In this document: one piece after another, positions 16,445 through 25,241 of the stretch
Layout of the letters: every line of letters begins with the position of its first letter
Position numbering within the stretch: the first letter of the stretch is position 1
NCBI GenBank assembly: GCA_964626155.1
Contig: CAZVEN010000021.1
Span: forward strand, 15,825 to 53,644
Direction of reading: 5' to 3'
Length of the DNA: 37,820 nucleotides
DNA from: an uncultured Chloroflexaceae bacterium
GTDB taxonomy: Bacteria > Chloroflexota > Chloroflexia > Chloroflexales > Chloroflexaceae
Translations under genes and position numbers: made by a program
Notes under the pieces: model-generated
Database searches by the model: none
The model's input: only the letters and a program-made list of their open reading frames with translations
What the model was told of the DNA's origin: nothing

Positions 16445-19400
16445 ACCGCTTGCACAACCGCCCTCACCTGCGCCGGGTACGCCTGTGCCAGCAACTCACA
16501 CATAGCGTAGGCAGACTCGACGGAGTAAGCACAGGGGATGAGCAACTGCTTGAAATGGGACAAATCGCCCGCCTCTAGCAACTCCTCAGCATCAATCGTC
16601 TGTACGGTTTGGAGTGCGGCAGGAAAATCGCCTGCACGTGCTTGGGCTGTGACGATAGCTGACAACGCTTTCACACGTCTTCGCCCATGGTCAATCGTCT
16701 GTGCGGTGTGGAGCGCGGCAGTGGAATAGCCTACACGTGCTTGGGCTGTGACGATAGCTGCCAGTTCCTTCGCACGGTCCCAATCATCATCAATCATCTG
16801 GGCGGTGTGGAGTGCGGCAGAAAAATCGCTTGCCTGTGCTTGGGCTGTGGCGATAGCTTCCAGTACCTTAGCACGCTTTTCCGCATCGTCAATTGTCTGC
16901 GCGGTGTCGAACGCGGCAGTACACGTTTGACGAGCATCATCGTGTAAACCGGCCTGTGCTTGTGCTGTGGCGATGTCTGCCAGTGCCTTAGCACGCTTTT
17001 CCGCATCGTCAATTGTCTGCGCGGTGTCGAACGCGGCAGTACACGTTTGACGAGCATCATCGTGTAAACCGGCCTGTGCTTGTGCTGTGGCGATGTCTGC
17101 CAGTTCCTTAGCACGCTCTTCCGCATCGTCAATCGTCTGTGCTATCTGGAGTGCAACCGCAAACACATGGCGCTCAGCCAGCTTGTCACACAAGTCTGCA
17201 CGTTTGTAATCATCCAGCAATTGTTGTTGCAAGCTGACAAGCATGTGCTCATCAATGCCAGACACAACCGGTAACAACATAACCGCATATTTTGCTTGCT
17301 CAACATCTAGTCGTGGCAACCGCTCCGCCAGCACACGCTCCAGCCTTTTGCGTGCATCGGATTCATGTCCATTGTCATGCAATTCCCATGCCAGCAGTAG
17401 ATACCACAACACTCGCTGCTTGGCATCAACCAAGTCTGCCAATGCCCATGCTCGTTCTATATTGCCTTCGCGTAATGCGTCGAGTGGGCTTTCTTGGGCA
17501 ATATCGTGTGCTTGGTATACGTGTAGCAACAGCATTCGTGCCATAGTGCCGGCGTCGTCACAGGTTGCGGCCCCCTCTAGCGCTACTTGTATAGTGCGTA
17601 GCGGTAGGTTTGGCTCGGTGGGGAAAGCAGTTGCTTGCTCCTGCTGGAAAATCTGATTTTCTGCAAGGTCATAGAGCGTTTGCCAATGCTGTGCTTGCTG
17701 TAGATGTTGGGCATAGTGGCGCAAGGCGTAGCGGCTATGGTGTTCTGTCCAGCGAAGGCAGTAATTTATCAATTCCTCCAGAAAGAGAACAGTTTTCCCT
17801 TTCAATTTGCGTTTTGTTAAATAGTTTTGAAAGCGCGGGTGACACAACGCATAACTACTATGACCTAGTTGTCCTCGGTGTTCTATGACAAAACGGCGCA
17901 CAGGGTCCAGTATTTGATCAAAAAACCATTCCATGTTTGGGTAGAGACGAAAAAGGTCCTCAGATGGCAGTGGACCAAGAGCTACCATCAAAATGCCTAG
18001 CAAGTTACGTATGTCCTCTTCATTCCGCAATGCTTTGCTCACTTGTTGCCACCAACCATCCAGGTAGCTCTCTAGCCCTGCGGGTTGTTGCGCTATCTGG
18101 GCCTCGCTTATGCGCCCATTGGCAATGTCCTTAACCAGATAGCGTACATAGAAGGGGTCGCCTTGCGAGACGCGCAGGATTTGTTGGAGGAAGTGTTCCC
18201 ACCCTAGCCCCCCCTGCGAGAGGGAATCGGGCATCTCCCTTTCGTCGGGGGGGCCGGGGGATGAATCGGGCATCTCCCCCCCGTGTACGGGGGGGACGGG
18301 GGGGGAATCCGCAATGGCTTTAAGCAACAGTTGCTCGATACCCGCTAGGTCAAGCGTTTCTAGGCGTATAGCCAGCACATCGGTTTGCGGCAACCCCAAG
18401 CGCTGTAGGTCGTCGCGCCCGGCCTGCTCGCGGGCCGAGAAGATGATGAACTTGCCCGTTGGTAGCTCACGCGGTATGTGTAGGTCACGGATAAAGTCAT
18501 CCTCGGCTTCGTCTAGCCCATCAATGACGAGTACGAGTGGGCGACCAGCCTGCACCAATGGCATGCGGAGTAGTTTGGCATACAGCGCTTCCAATTGTCC
18601 CGGTTCGTGTTCGGGTGGCAGGGTTGCTTCTATCTGATAGTAACTCAACATTTGTTCACACATTTGGCGCAGGAAATCTACGCGCCGATGCGTATTGTCG
18701 AGGCGGTTGAGGAAATACCAGCAGTAGCGCTCGTGTTCAGGCGCAACCAGGTTGGCTATCAGTGCCGTTTTGCCATAGCCCGATGGGCCGGTGATGAAGA
18801 CGTAGCCACGTGAACGGCTTGCCAAAAAGTTACGGATTTGTGCTAGTTCGTCATCGCGCCCGGCAAACAGCGTGTGGCGCTCGAAATAGTTGGTTTGCCC
18901 TTCGCGCAACTGGGCCAGTGTGGTGCGGCGTTGCGCGAGGAGCATGCCGGCCTGTATGGTGTAGTCGGGCATAGCAAGTCCACGGGTGAGCTTGCCAATC
19001 TCAGTGTGCAACGAATGCATCATGTCTTCAAGGTGTTGTACGCCTGTTTCTGTACGTGTAGCTATTGCCTCGGTGCGTTGGGTTGTTGTGTCAATAAAGG
19101 TGATGGTTTGCTCCATCCGTGTCAGTGTGTCTTTGAGGTGCTGCATGCTCTCGTGCAGAGGTTGCAAAGCTGTGTCTAGGGCGTCGTCGCCCGTGGGGTC
19201 ACGCTGGTTGGCAGGCTGAGTTTGCAATGTTTCTGCCCACTCCTGAAGCCATAGCACAACCTCGCGGATGTCATCAGTCGTTTGGCTTATCTGGCTTATC
19301 TGCACAGTGGTTTTGGCAAGGCTTTGCTGCCATAGCAATTGATATGCCCGCCATGCGCGTGTGCCTTGCTCGCTTGGGTCTTTCAACTCCTCCCGGAAGC

Positions 19401-20019
19401 GCAACATCCACTCATCGTAGAGATACTGGGCAATATGCTCAACTATACCAAGGGGTTGGTTGGTAAAAAAGTCGTCACGCAACTTTTGCACAAAGAGCGT
19501 ATTGGCTGTCGTTTGGGCTTCGTCAATGTGGTTGGCGTTCATTACCTGGGGGAGAATATGCACACAAGCGTGAATCTGGTCATTGAGATGTTCAAGCGTA
19601 ATGAGTTCGTCAGCGGTGCTTTGTGCTTCCTCATGCAGGCGACGCAATTGGTTGTGCAAGCGCGAACGTTGATCGGGGCGGCGCAAGTGGTTTAGCCATT
19701 GAGGTTGTGCCTCGCTCATGTTGAGCACATGGGCTATCGCTTCTGGGGTCGTAGCCCGTTCCAACAAGGTATGCCAATCGCGGTAGATTTGCTTTGCTGC
19801 TGCATTGAAGGCACGTGCGAGTGCTTTGGCAATATCGTGGTTGAGTGCGCCACGCTCGCTGAACCAGCCGGCCCGCCAACGCTGATAGCTCTGCTCGGCA
19901 AGGCTAGAAGCCCAATTCGTACCTACCCCACCAATAGATGCAAGCAGGTATTCAGATGCGCTTTCGGCTGTTTTCAGCCCAACAGTAGCAAGTGCGCCTG
20001 TGAGTATAATTTCGAGCAT
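16390..20019 (-). CDS. NACHT/STAND-family P-loop NTPase (bacterial NLR-like) with uncharacterized ~370-aa helical N-terminal region and C-terminal 40-aa helical repeat array
   Basis: 1209 aa. Walker A GPSGYGKT, Walker B LVLVIDGLDEA, then a helical/WH region, then at least 5 repeats of the form AQTIDDAEKRAKALADIATAQAQAGLHDDARQTCTAAFDT. No recognisable enzymatic motif in residues 1-370. Confidence 0.85.
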   Translation of the reverse strand: MLEIILTGALATVGLKTAESASEYLLASIGGVGTNWASSLAEQSYQRWRAGWFSERGALNHDIAKALARAFNAAAKQIYRDWHTLLERATTPEAIAHVLNMSEAQPQWLNHLRRPDQRSRLHNQLRRLHEEAQSTADELITLEHLNDQIHACVHILPQVMNANHIDEAQTTANTLFVQKLRDDFFTNQPLGIVEHIAQYLYDEWMLRFREELKDPSEQGTRAWRAYQLLWQQSLAKTTVQISQISQTTDDIREVVLWLQEWAETLQTQPANQRDPTGDDALDTALQPLHESMQHLKDTLTRMEQTITFIDTTTQRTEAIATRTETGVQHLEDMMHSLHTEIGKLTRGLAMPDYTIQAGMLLAQRRTTLAQLREGQTNYFERHTLFAGRDDELAQIRNFLASRSRGYVFITGPSGYGKTALIANLVAPEHERYCWYFLNRLDNTHRRVDFLRQMCEQMLSYYQIEATLPPEHEPGQLEALYAKLLRMPLVQAGRPLVLVIDGLDEAEDDFIRDLHIPRELPTGKFIIFSAREQAGRDDLQRLGLPQTDVLAIRLETLDLAGIEQLLLKAIADSPPVPPVHGGEMPDSSPGPPDEREMPDSLSQGGLGWEHFLQQILRVSQGDPFYVRYLVKDIANGRISEAQIAQQPAGLESYLDGWWQQVSKALRNEEDIRNLLGILMVALGPLPSEDLFRLYPNMEWFFDQILDPVRRFVIEHRGQLGHSSYALCHPRFQNYLTKRKLKGKTVLFLEELINYCLRWTEHHSRYALRHYAQHLQQAQHWQTLYDLAENQIFQQEQATAFPTEPNLPLRTIQVALEGAATCDDAGTMARMLLLHVYQAHDIAQESPLDALREGNIERAWALADLVDAKQRVLWYLLLAWELHDNGHESDARKRLERVLAERLPRLDVEQAKYAVMLLPVVSGIDEHMLVSLQQQLLDDYKRADLCDKLAERHVFAVALQIAQTIDDAEERAKELADIATAQAQAGLHDDARQTCTAAFDTAQTIDDAEKRAKALADIATAQAQAGLHDDARQTCTAAFDTAQTIDDAEKRAKVLEAIATAQAQASDFSAALHTAQMIDDDWDRAKELAAIVTAQARVGYSTAALHTAQTIDHGRRRVKALSAIVTAQARAGDFPAALQTVQTIDAEELLEAGDLSHFKQLLIPCAYSVESAYAMCELLAQAYPAQVRAVVQAVTGVRGQGSGVRGQGLSD
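16861..17100. repeat. two near-identical 120-bp direct repeats inside the NACHT gene (40-aa repeat units)
   Basis: 16861-16980 and 16981-17100 differ at one base. Flanking units are diverged copies. Confidence 0.9.
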
Positions 20020-20039
20020 AAACGCGCCCGCCTTCTTTT

Positions 20040-20140
20040 TTTATGAGCTCGCGCCAAGACGCAAGGAATGCAAAAATCACGAACCTTGTCTTTGCGTTGC
20101 GTCTCTGCATCTCTGCGCCTCTGCGTTGAAAATGTACATT
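20040..20140. repeat. octamer-repeat element copy (partial; right end homologous to 11660-11719)
   Basis: TCTCTGCATCTCTGCGCCTCTGCGTTGAAAATGTACATTTCATGTAGGGTTGCTATATGC. Confidence 0.6.
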
Positions 20141-20578
20141 TCATGTAGGGTTGCTATATGCCTGTATCATGCCAAATGCCTGTTGCTCAATAGCTGCTCG
20201 GTCCACCATTGTTGCCAGTTTTTCCTCGCTGTATGCTCCCCCGAATGCTTCCAGCGCGGCGTGTTTCAACGCAAGCGGGTAGGCATCATGGATTGTTTCG
20301 CGCATCGTGTCCTCGTCCAAATACGTTCCGCGTGCTTTGCGTCGCTTATTGGTCCTAACAATTTGGTCTATCGCATGGTATATGGACACATCACAAGAAC
20401 GGGTGGTACGATTCTCGGCAGATTGCTTTATAAGATGCAATAACAGGATAATGGTCAAACTATAAATTTTATTTACCTTATCGTCATGGCTCATTTCTTC
20501 CATCTCTCCGAGTAGCTCCATAGCTTCAGCATAGCGTTGGTTTTCCAAATGGTTGCGCAGTTGGAATAGTTCTTCCAT
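20141..20578 (-). CDS. DUF29 family protein (paralog of 15258-15779)
   Basis: MEELFQLRNHLENQRYAEAMELLGEMEEMS; 145 aa; AAGGAAGG RBS. Confidence 0.75.
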   Translation of the reverse strand: MEELFQLRNHLENQRYAEAMELLGEMEEMSHDDKVNKIYSLTIILLLHLIKQSAENRTTRSCDVSIYHAIDQIVRTNKRRKARGTYLDEDTMRETIHDAYPLALKHAALEAFGGAYSEEKLATMVDRAAIEQQAFGMIQAYSNPT

Positions 20579-20616
20579 AATCCTTCCTTACTGTTGTGAG
20601 CGCCTGTTCTAAGATG

Positions 20617-20638
20617 AGGGCGTGCATTTGCACGCCCT
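20617..20638. repeat. GGGCGTGC/GCACGCCC hairpin (same stem as 13164-13183)
   Basis: AGGGCGTGCATTTGCACGCCCT, 53 nt downstream of the SPFH gene stop. Confidence 0.5.
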
Positions 20639-20684
20639 ACCTCTGTGTTCTCTGTGGTAAAAACCTACTCGTGAAAGGTTTATC

Positions 20685-21992
20685 CTACCCTCTATTGTTC
20701 TCCTCGTCGCTGCCCCCCGTACCGGGCGCTGGTTGTTGCGGCGGCTGCCCTTGCTGTTGCTGGGGTGGGTAGCCCTGTTGCTGTGGTGGGTAGCCCTGTT
20801 GTGGCGGGTAGCCCTGTTGTGGTGGGTAGCCCTGTTGTGGCGGGTAGCCCTGCTGTTGAGGTGGGTAGCCCTGCTGTGGCGGGTAGCCCTGCTGTGGCGG
20901 ATAGCCCTGTTGTGGCGGGTAGCCTTGCTGTGGCGGGTAGCCCTGTTGTTGAGGTGGATAACCCTGTTGTTGAGGTGGATAACCTTGTTGTTGTGGCGGA
21001 TAGCCCTGCTGTGGCGGGTAGCCCTGTTGTGGCGGGTAGCCCTGCTGTGGCGGATAACCCTGTTGTGGCGGATAGCCCTGTTGTGGCGGGTAGCCCTGTT
21101 GTGGCGGGTAGCCCTGTTGTGGTGGGTAGCCCTGTTGTGGCTGCATAGACTGATTCATCATATTGCCCATACCCATGCCCATAGCCAACCCCATGCCCGC
21201 TTCCATAGGCCCGCCAGCACCACCGGGGTTGGCGGCGGCCACACCCATAGCCTCAGCAGCCTTATAGCGCATATAGTCCGATTGTGTTGCCGCCATCATC
21301 GTTTGCGCCTCTTGGGCCTTCTGCACACGTTCCCACGTTGCTTCGTCTACCGATATTTCCTCTACATAAAAGTCATTTATCTTCAGCCCAATTTCCTCAA
21401 ACAAGCTAGATAGCTTCACCCGCGAAGCCGCATTCAGCTCCTCCGTCAGAGTTTGCAAGTCAATAACCGACGTTTTCTGAGACGTGACAAGCTTGCGCAT
21501 AATAGAAACAATCCTACCGCGCATATACTTCGTCAAATCTCTCGTACTGTAAACCCCTTGCTGTCCCACAATCTCATTAACAAATGAAGCCGGGTCGGCT
21601 ACCTCGCAAGAATAGCCCCCAAAAGCACTCAGTTGTGTCATACCGATAAAAGGTTCTGGGTCTTTGTACATCACCTTGCCCATACCCCACTTACCTTCAA
21701 ATCGTTTTTCCGTATTGACAAACACAACTTCAGCTTGAAACGGCGTCTTGCCACCCGTTACCCACCCAACAATCCCGGCCAGTATGGGAATATTGGCAGT
21801 GCTGATAGTGTGTCGGCCCGGGCCGAGCACATCGCGTGCTTTGCCTTCATAGAAAAAGAGCGCTACCTGCCCCTCACGGACAATAACTTGAGACCCAATG
21901 CGAAAATCGCCGGGCCCATATTCCGGCTCACGGTGAACAATCTCTTCGCCGGAAGAGTCAATAAATTCAACAACATCAATAAATCGTGGCAT
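20685..21992 (-). CDS. SPFH/band-7 domain protein (COG4260-like) with C-terminal 20x QQGYPP low-complexity tail
   Basis: N-terminal [51 protein letters not shown] resembles COG4260 SPFH proteins. Residues ~286-410 are (Q)QQGYPP repeats; there is no C-terminal Zn ribbon. Confidence 0.8.
   Translation of the reverse strand: MPRFIDVVEFIDSSGEEIVHREPEYGPGDFRIGSQVIVREGQVALFFYEGKARDVLGPGRHTISTANIPILAGIVGWVTGGKTPFQAEVVFVNTEKRFEGKWGMGKVMYKDPEPFIGMTQLSAFGGYSCEVADPASFVNEIVGQQGVYSTRDLTKYMRGRIVSIMRKLVTSQKTSVIDLQTLTEELNAASRVKLSSLFEEIGLKINDFYVEEISVDEATWERVQKAQEAQTMMAATQSDYMRYKAAEAMGVAAANPGGAGGPMEAGMGLAMGMGMGNMMNQSMQPQQGYPPQQGYPPQQGYPPQQGYPPQQGYPPQQGYPPQQGYPPQQGYPPQQQGYPPQQQGYPPQQQGYPPQQGYPPQQGYPPQQGYPPQQGYPPQQQGYPPQQGYPPQQGYPPQQGYPPQQQGYPPQQQQGQPPQQPAPGTGGSDEENNRG
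20757..21147. repeat. 18-bp (occasionally 21-bp) tandem repeat array, ~20 units, encoding QQGYPP
   Basis: GGTGGGTAGCCCTGTTGT variants repeat head to tail. The reverse-strand ORFs 20733-21413 and 20765-21148 are artifacts of this array. Confidence 0.9.
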
Positions 21993-22061
21993 GTACCTTC
22001 CCTTTCATCTTTCATGAGTGCGTTGGGTAAGCTTCTAGCCTACCCACACATAGTGCTTACT

Positions 22062-22556
22062 TTATGCTTGCTTGCCATAGTAGACAAGTGCTTGGCGTTC
22101 ATCAAATTGCTCGTTTAGTCCATCCACGAGCCTTTGCAGTGATGCGATAGCTTCAGCAAAACTATCAGTGCCGAGGTTTTTTTCAGCAAATGCTATTTGT
22201 TCCTGCAATATCGGCACACTGTCTGCTAATTTGGCATCAAATTCATAGATACGGTCCAGGTCGGCTTCGGCTATTTTCACCTCGCTAAACATAGGCGAAT
22301 AGCCTTGCACGGCGCTTTGTAGCCGTGATATAAACCGGTTGAGGGTGCGGTTCACCTCTTCCAATGCAGAGACATAGTGCAGTCCGCCACTATCCATAGC
22401 TTGTTGGGAGAGGCGAGTGATGTTTTTCTGTTCGGCTTCATACTGCTGGCTCAAATGCCTACGCAACACCTCATCGGCATCACGGCGTTTTTCTTTCGAT
22501 GAGTAGCCTTCGTAGCCTGGAATGATACCCATGAGTTTGTTCAGTATATTTCCCAT
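22062..22556 (-). CDS. hypothetical coiled-coil protein (164 aa), probably co-transcribed with the SPFH gene
   Basis: The internal start MGNILNK has a GGAGAC RBS; the ORF track N-extension is rejected. 70-bp gap to the SPFH start on the same strand. Confidence 0.55.
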   Translation of the reverse strand: MGNILNKLMGIIPGYEGYSSKEKRRDADEVLRRHLSQQYEAEQKNITRLSQQAMDSGGLHYVSALEEVNRTLNRFISRLQSAVQGYSPMFSEVKIAEADLDRIYEFDAKLADSVPILQEQIAFAEKNLGTDSFAEAIASLQRLVDGLNEQFDERQALVYYGKQA

Positions 22557-22692
22557 ATGTAAGGGTCTCCTTCTACCAATGACGAATAACACGATAGAGA
22601 GCATAGCACGTCATCAAATACTACAATCATTGTACCTTATTTGCCGTGAAAAACAAAGGGGGGGGATGGAAGTGTTCGTAAACAAGTTTTTA

Positions 22693-22760
22693 CCACAGAG
22701 AACACAGAGAACACAGAGAGTGCTTTTCTCTTCGTGTTCTTTGTGCCTCTGTGGTGCTCT
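22693..22760. repeat. inverted heptamer-repeat element CCACAGAGAACACAGAGAACACAGAGAG / CTCTTCGTGTTCTTTGTGCCTCTGTGG
   Basis: The two arms can pair. Related to 2745-2790 and 20655-20668. Confidence 0.6.
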
Positions 22761-22886
22761 ATTTGCTAACTACCAAGACACAGAGGACAAAGAGGACATG
22801 GATGATAAACAGAACATATGGGGGTTGTGCTTGGCAATAGAAATATCGTGGTGAGAGGATAGGTAGCAGTTTGTGAGACTGCTACG

Positions 22887-24005
22887 CTACCCCTCTGCCA
22901 AGGCAGAAATATCAGCAAGAGAAAGACCGGTGATGTCGGCAATGAGCGATGGCTCAAAGCCCTTAGCTTGTAAGTTGCGCACAGTGTTGCGCTGTGTTTC
23001 GCGTGTACGTTCGCGTTCCAAGCGAGCAAGCTCTTCGGCTTCGCGTGTACGTTCGCGTTCCAAGCGAGCAAGCTCTTCGGCTTCGCGTGCGCGTTCATCG
23101 GCTTCGCGTGCGCGTTCGTCGGCTTCATCCAAGCGCTGAACAACATACTCTGCGCGTTCTTCTGCTATGCGGCGAGCTTGCACCATTTCTGTATAATCTA
23201 CAACCTTGTGTCCTTGCTCATGAAACCAGCATATATCATCTTTGCCCAGACCTACATACATTTTAGCGGCTTCAATCCACACACGCCCGTGTGTATCAGG
23301 TTGGCACAAATCATAGAAACCGAGCCTATTCAAGCAATAGACGTATAGCTTAGGAAGGGTACCTTCAGGTGCATCATCATCGGGAAGGTCTAAGACGATA
23401 TAGACAGCAATGCCCGCCTCTGCATAGATTTCCCATTTTGAGCGTAACCCAGGATGTTCCCGTTTTTTGTATTCAAAGAGGCGTAGCTCTTTTTCTGTCA
23501 GCAAAGAAGGGTCCATATCTAAACAGCGTGTTCCGGGCGAGGTAATTTCCAAAACCACTTCTACTTTAGCGCCTTCGTCTTTGACATAAAACGTGCTCCA
23601 GTTGTAATTTTTTGGTCTTTTGATGCCAGAGACCAGAGCAGCATCGGGTGCAACTGGACGTAGACCGGGTAAACCCAAATCTATACGCATTTCTTTTAAG
23701 ACCACCATAGATGGTTTATGTTGGCTAGAGGCCCTCATAGCATTGTACGAATAGGTTTGAGAAATGGTATGGCGATTACGAACAGACACCTCATCCCCCT
23801 CCTCTGGGAACAATACATCCAAGATAGTCAATGGGCGATATTCGCTTATTTCGGTGCCATCGGGAAGCACCCGGGTAGAATAACGCCAGCCAAATTCTTC
23901 TTCCTCTGCTCTTTCTGTTGTTGTTGTTGGTATGAAGGTTCTTTTTTTGGTAAACGGCTTTGTATATTCTAGCACGTCGGTTGTTGTAGGATAGACAAAA
24001 GACAT
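22887..24005 (-). CDS. Uma2 family endonuclease with extended N-terminus and ER-rich coiled-coil C-terminal tail
   Basis: RPVAPDAALVSG...VVLEITSPGTR..D...K...YAEAGIAVYIVLD matches the Uma2 core. The tail carries a perfect 48-bp tandem duplication (EELARLERERTREA x2) and ends in LIADITGLSLADISALAEG. AAGGAGG RBS. Confidence 0.75.
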   Translation of the reverse strand: MSFVYPTTTDVLEYTKPFTKKRTFIPTTTTERAEEEEFGWRYSTRVLPDGTEISEYRPLTILDVLFPEEGDEVSVRNRHTISQTYSYNAMRASSQHKPSMVVLKEMRIDLGLPGLRPVAPDAALVSGIKRPKNYNWSTFYVKDEGAKVEVVLEITSPGTRCLDMDPSLLTEKELRLFEYKKREHPGLRSKWEIYAEAGIAVYIVLDLPDDDAPEGTLPKLYVYCLNRLGFYDLCQPDTHGRVWIEAAKMYVGLGKDDICWFHEQGHKVVDYTEMVQARRIAEERAEYVVQRLDEADERAREADERAREAEELARLERERTREAEELARLERERTRETQRNTVRNLQAKGFEPSLIADITGLSLADISALAEG

Positions 24006-24304
24006 AGGTGGTACCTCCTTTGTGAGTGCCTATTTTCCAAGGTCATGGTCAGGGTATACTATATGTATTTGGTACAAAGAACTTTTCATGAAAGGGATAA
24101 CGTAATGATAGAATATCCTTACTCATACGCAAGTACGTTACATTCTGACCGTTCCTTATAGTATAACACAAATCGGCTTTAAGTCCAAACCGTGTAAGCA
24201 GGTTTGATCGGTAGCAATTGCGTGAAGTGGGGCTATAGGCTATACTTTCACGCGAACGCATAGCTATTGTAACAACAGAAAGAATAACCTGAAGGAGTAA
24301 ATAC

Positions 24305-25171
24305 ATGGTTCAAGCAATGATAGGGATAATTGGTGGCAGTGGCTTGTATGGTATGAAAGAACTCGAAAACGTAGAAGAGGTAACGCTTGAAACGCCCTAT
24401 GGCACCCCAAGTGATGCCTATGTTGTAGGTACCTTAGGTGGGCAGAACGTAGCCTTCTTACCGCGTCATGGGCGTGGTCATCGTTTCATGCCCACCGAAG
24501 TACCTAGCCGTGCCAATATCTACGGTTTCAAAAAGCTTGGTGTCAAATACCTCATTTCCGTCAGCGCTGTTGGCAGTCTCCGCGAAGACTACGCGCCCGG
24601 TCATGTGGTCATTCCCGACCAACTCTTTGACCGCACCAAAGGCATTCGTCCCTTCACATTCTATGGTGATGGCATCGTAGCACATCTCGTTTTCGACAAA
24701 CCCTACTGCCCCATATTGAGTGAAAAAATACACCAAGCTGCACAAGCATCTGGAGCAACCATGCATCGTGGGGGAACATATGTATGCATGGAAGGACCGC
24801 AGTTCTCAACCCTAGCCGAAAGCGAAGAAAACCGTCGCCGGGGGCATGCGCTCATTGGCATGACCGCTTTGCCCGAAGCAAAGCTTGCGCGTGAAGCCGA
24901 AATAGCCTACGCCACCATGGCCATGGTAACGGATTATGACTGTTGGCACCCAGAACATGAATCCGTAACAATAGACATGGTCATATCCGTATTAATGGCC
25001 AACGTCGAGCTATCGCAACGCATTGTTCGTGACATCATACCACTGATTGGCGAAGGGTTTGAAAGCCCGGCCCACAACGCCATGGAACATGCCATCATCA
25101 CAGACCGTAGCACCATTCCCGCAGCCACGCGTGAGCGGGTAGACTTACTCGTTGGCAAATATCTAAGCTAA
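24305..25171 (+). CDS. mtnP: S-methyl-5'-thioadenosine phosphorylase
   Basis: IGIIGGSGLY, then TPYG.PSD, PRHGRGH, TMEGPQFST-like segments; 288 aa; GAAGGAG RBS. Confidence 0.93.
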   Translation: MVQAMIGIIGGSGLYGMKELENVEEVTLETPYGTPSDAYVVGTLGGQNVAFLPRHGRGHRFMPTEVPSRANIYGFKKLGVKYLISVSAVGSLREDYAPGHVVIPDQLFDRTKGIRPFTFYGDGIVAHLVFDKPYCPILSEKIHQAAQASGATMHRGGTYVCMEGPQFSTLAESEENRRRGHALIGMTALPEAKLAREAEIAYATMAMVTDYDCWHPEHESVTIDMVISVLMANVELSQRIVRDIIPLIGEGFESPAHNAMEHAIITDRSTIPAATRERVDLLVGKYLS

Positions 25172-25241
25172 ACAACAATGCGTGATGCATCATGCGTATC
25201 TTTCACATCATGCATCACGCACACACATCGCGCACCGCACA

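Noticed and set aside
16794-17132. Minus-strand 112-aa ORF with MTMRKSVLR repeats
   Set aside because: An alternative frame within the NACHT gene, created by the 120-bp duplicated repeat units. The NACHT frame has the P-loop and is continuous for 1209 aa.
20733-21413. Plus-strand ORFs 20733-21413 (LLWRVALLW repeats) and 20765-21148 ([11 protein letters not shown] repeats)
   Set aside because: They are out-of-frame or opposite-strand read-throughs of the 18-bp QQGYPP tandem array inside the SPFH gene. The repetitive low-complexity translation is an artifact of the repeat.
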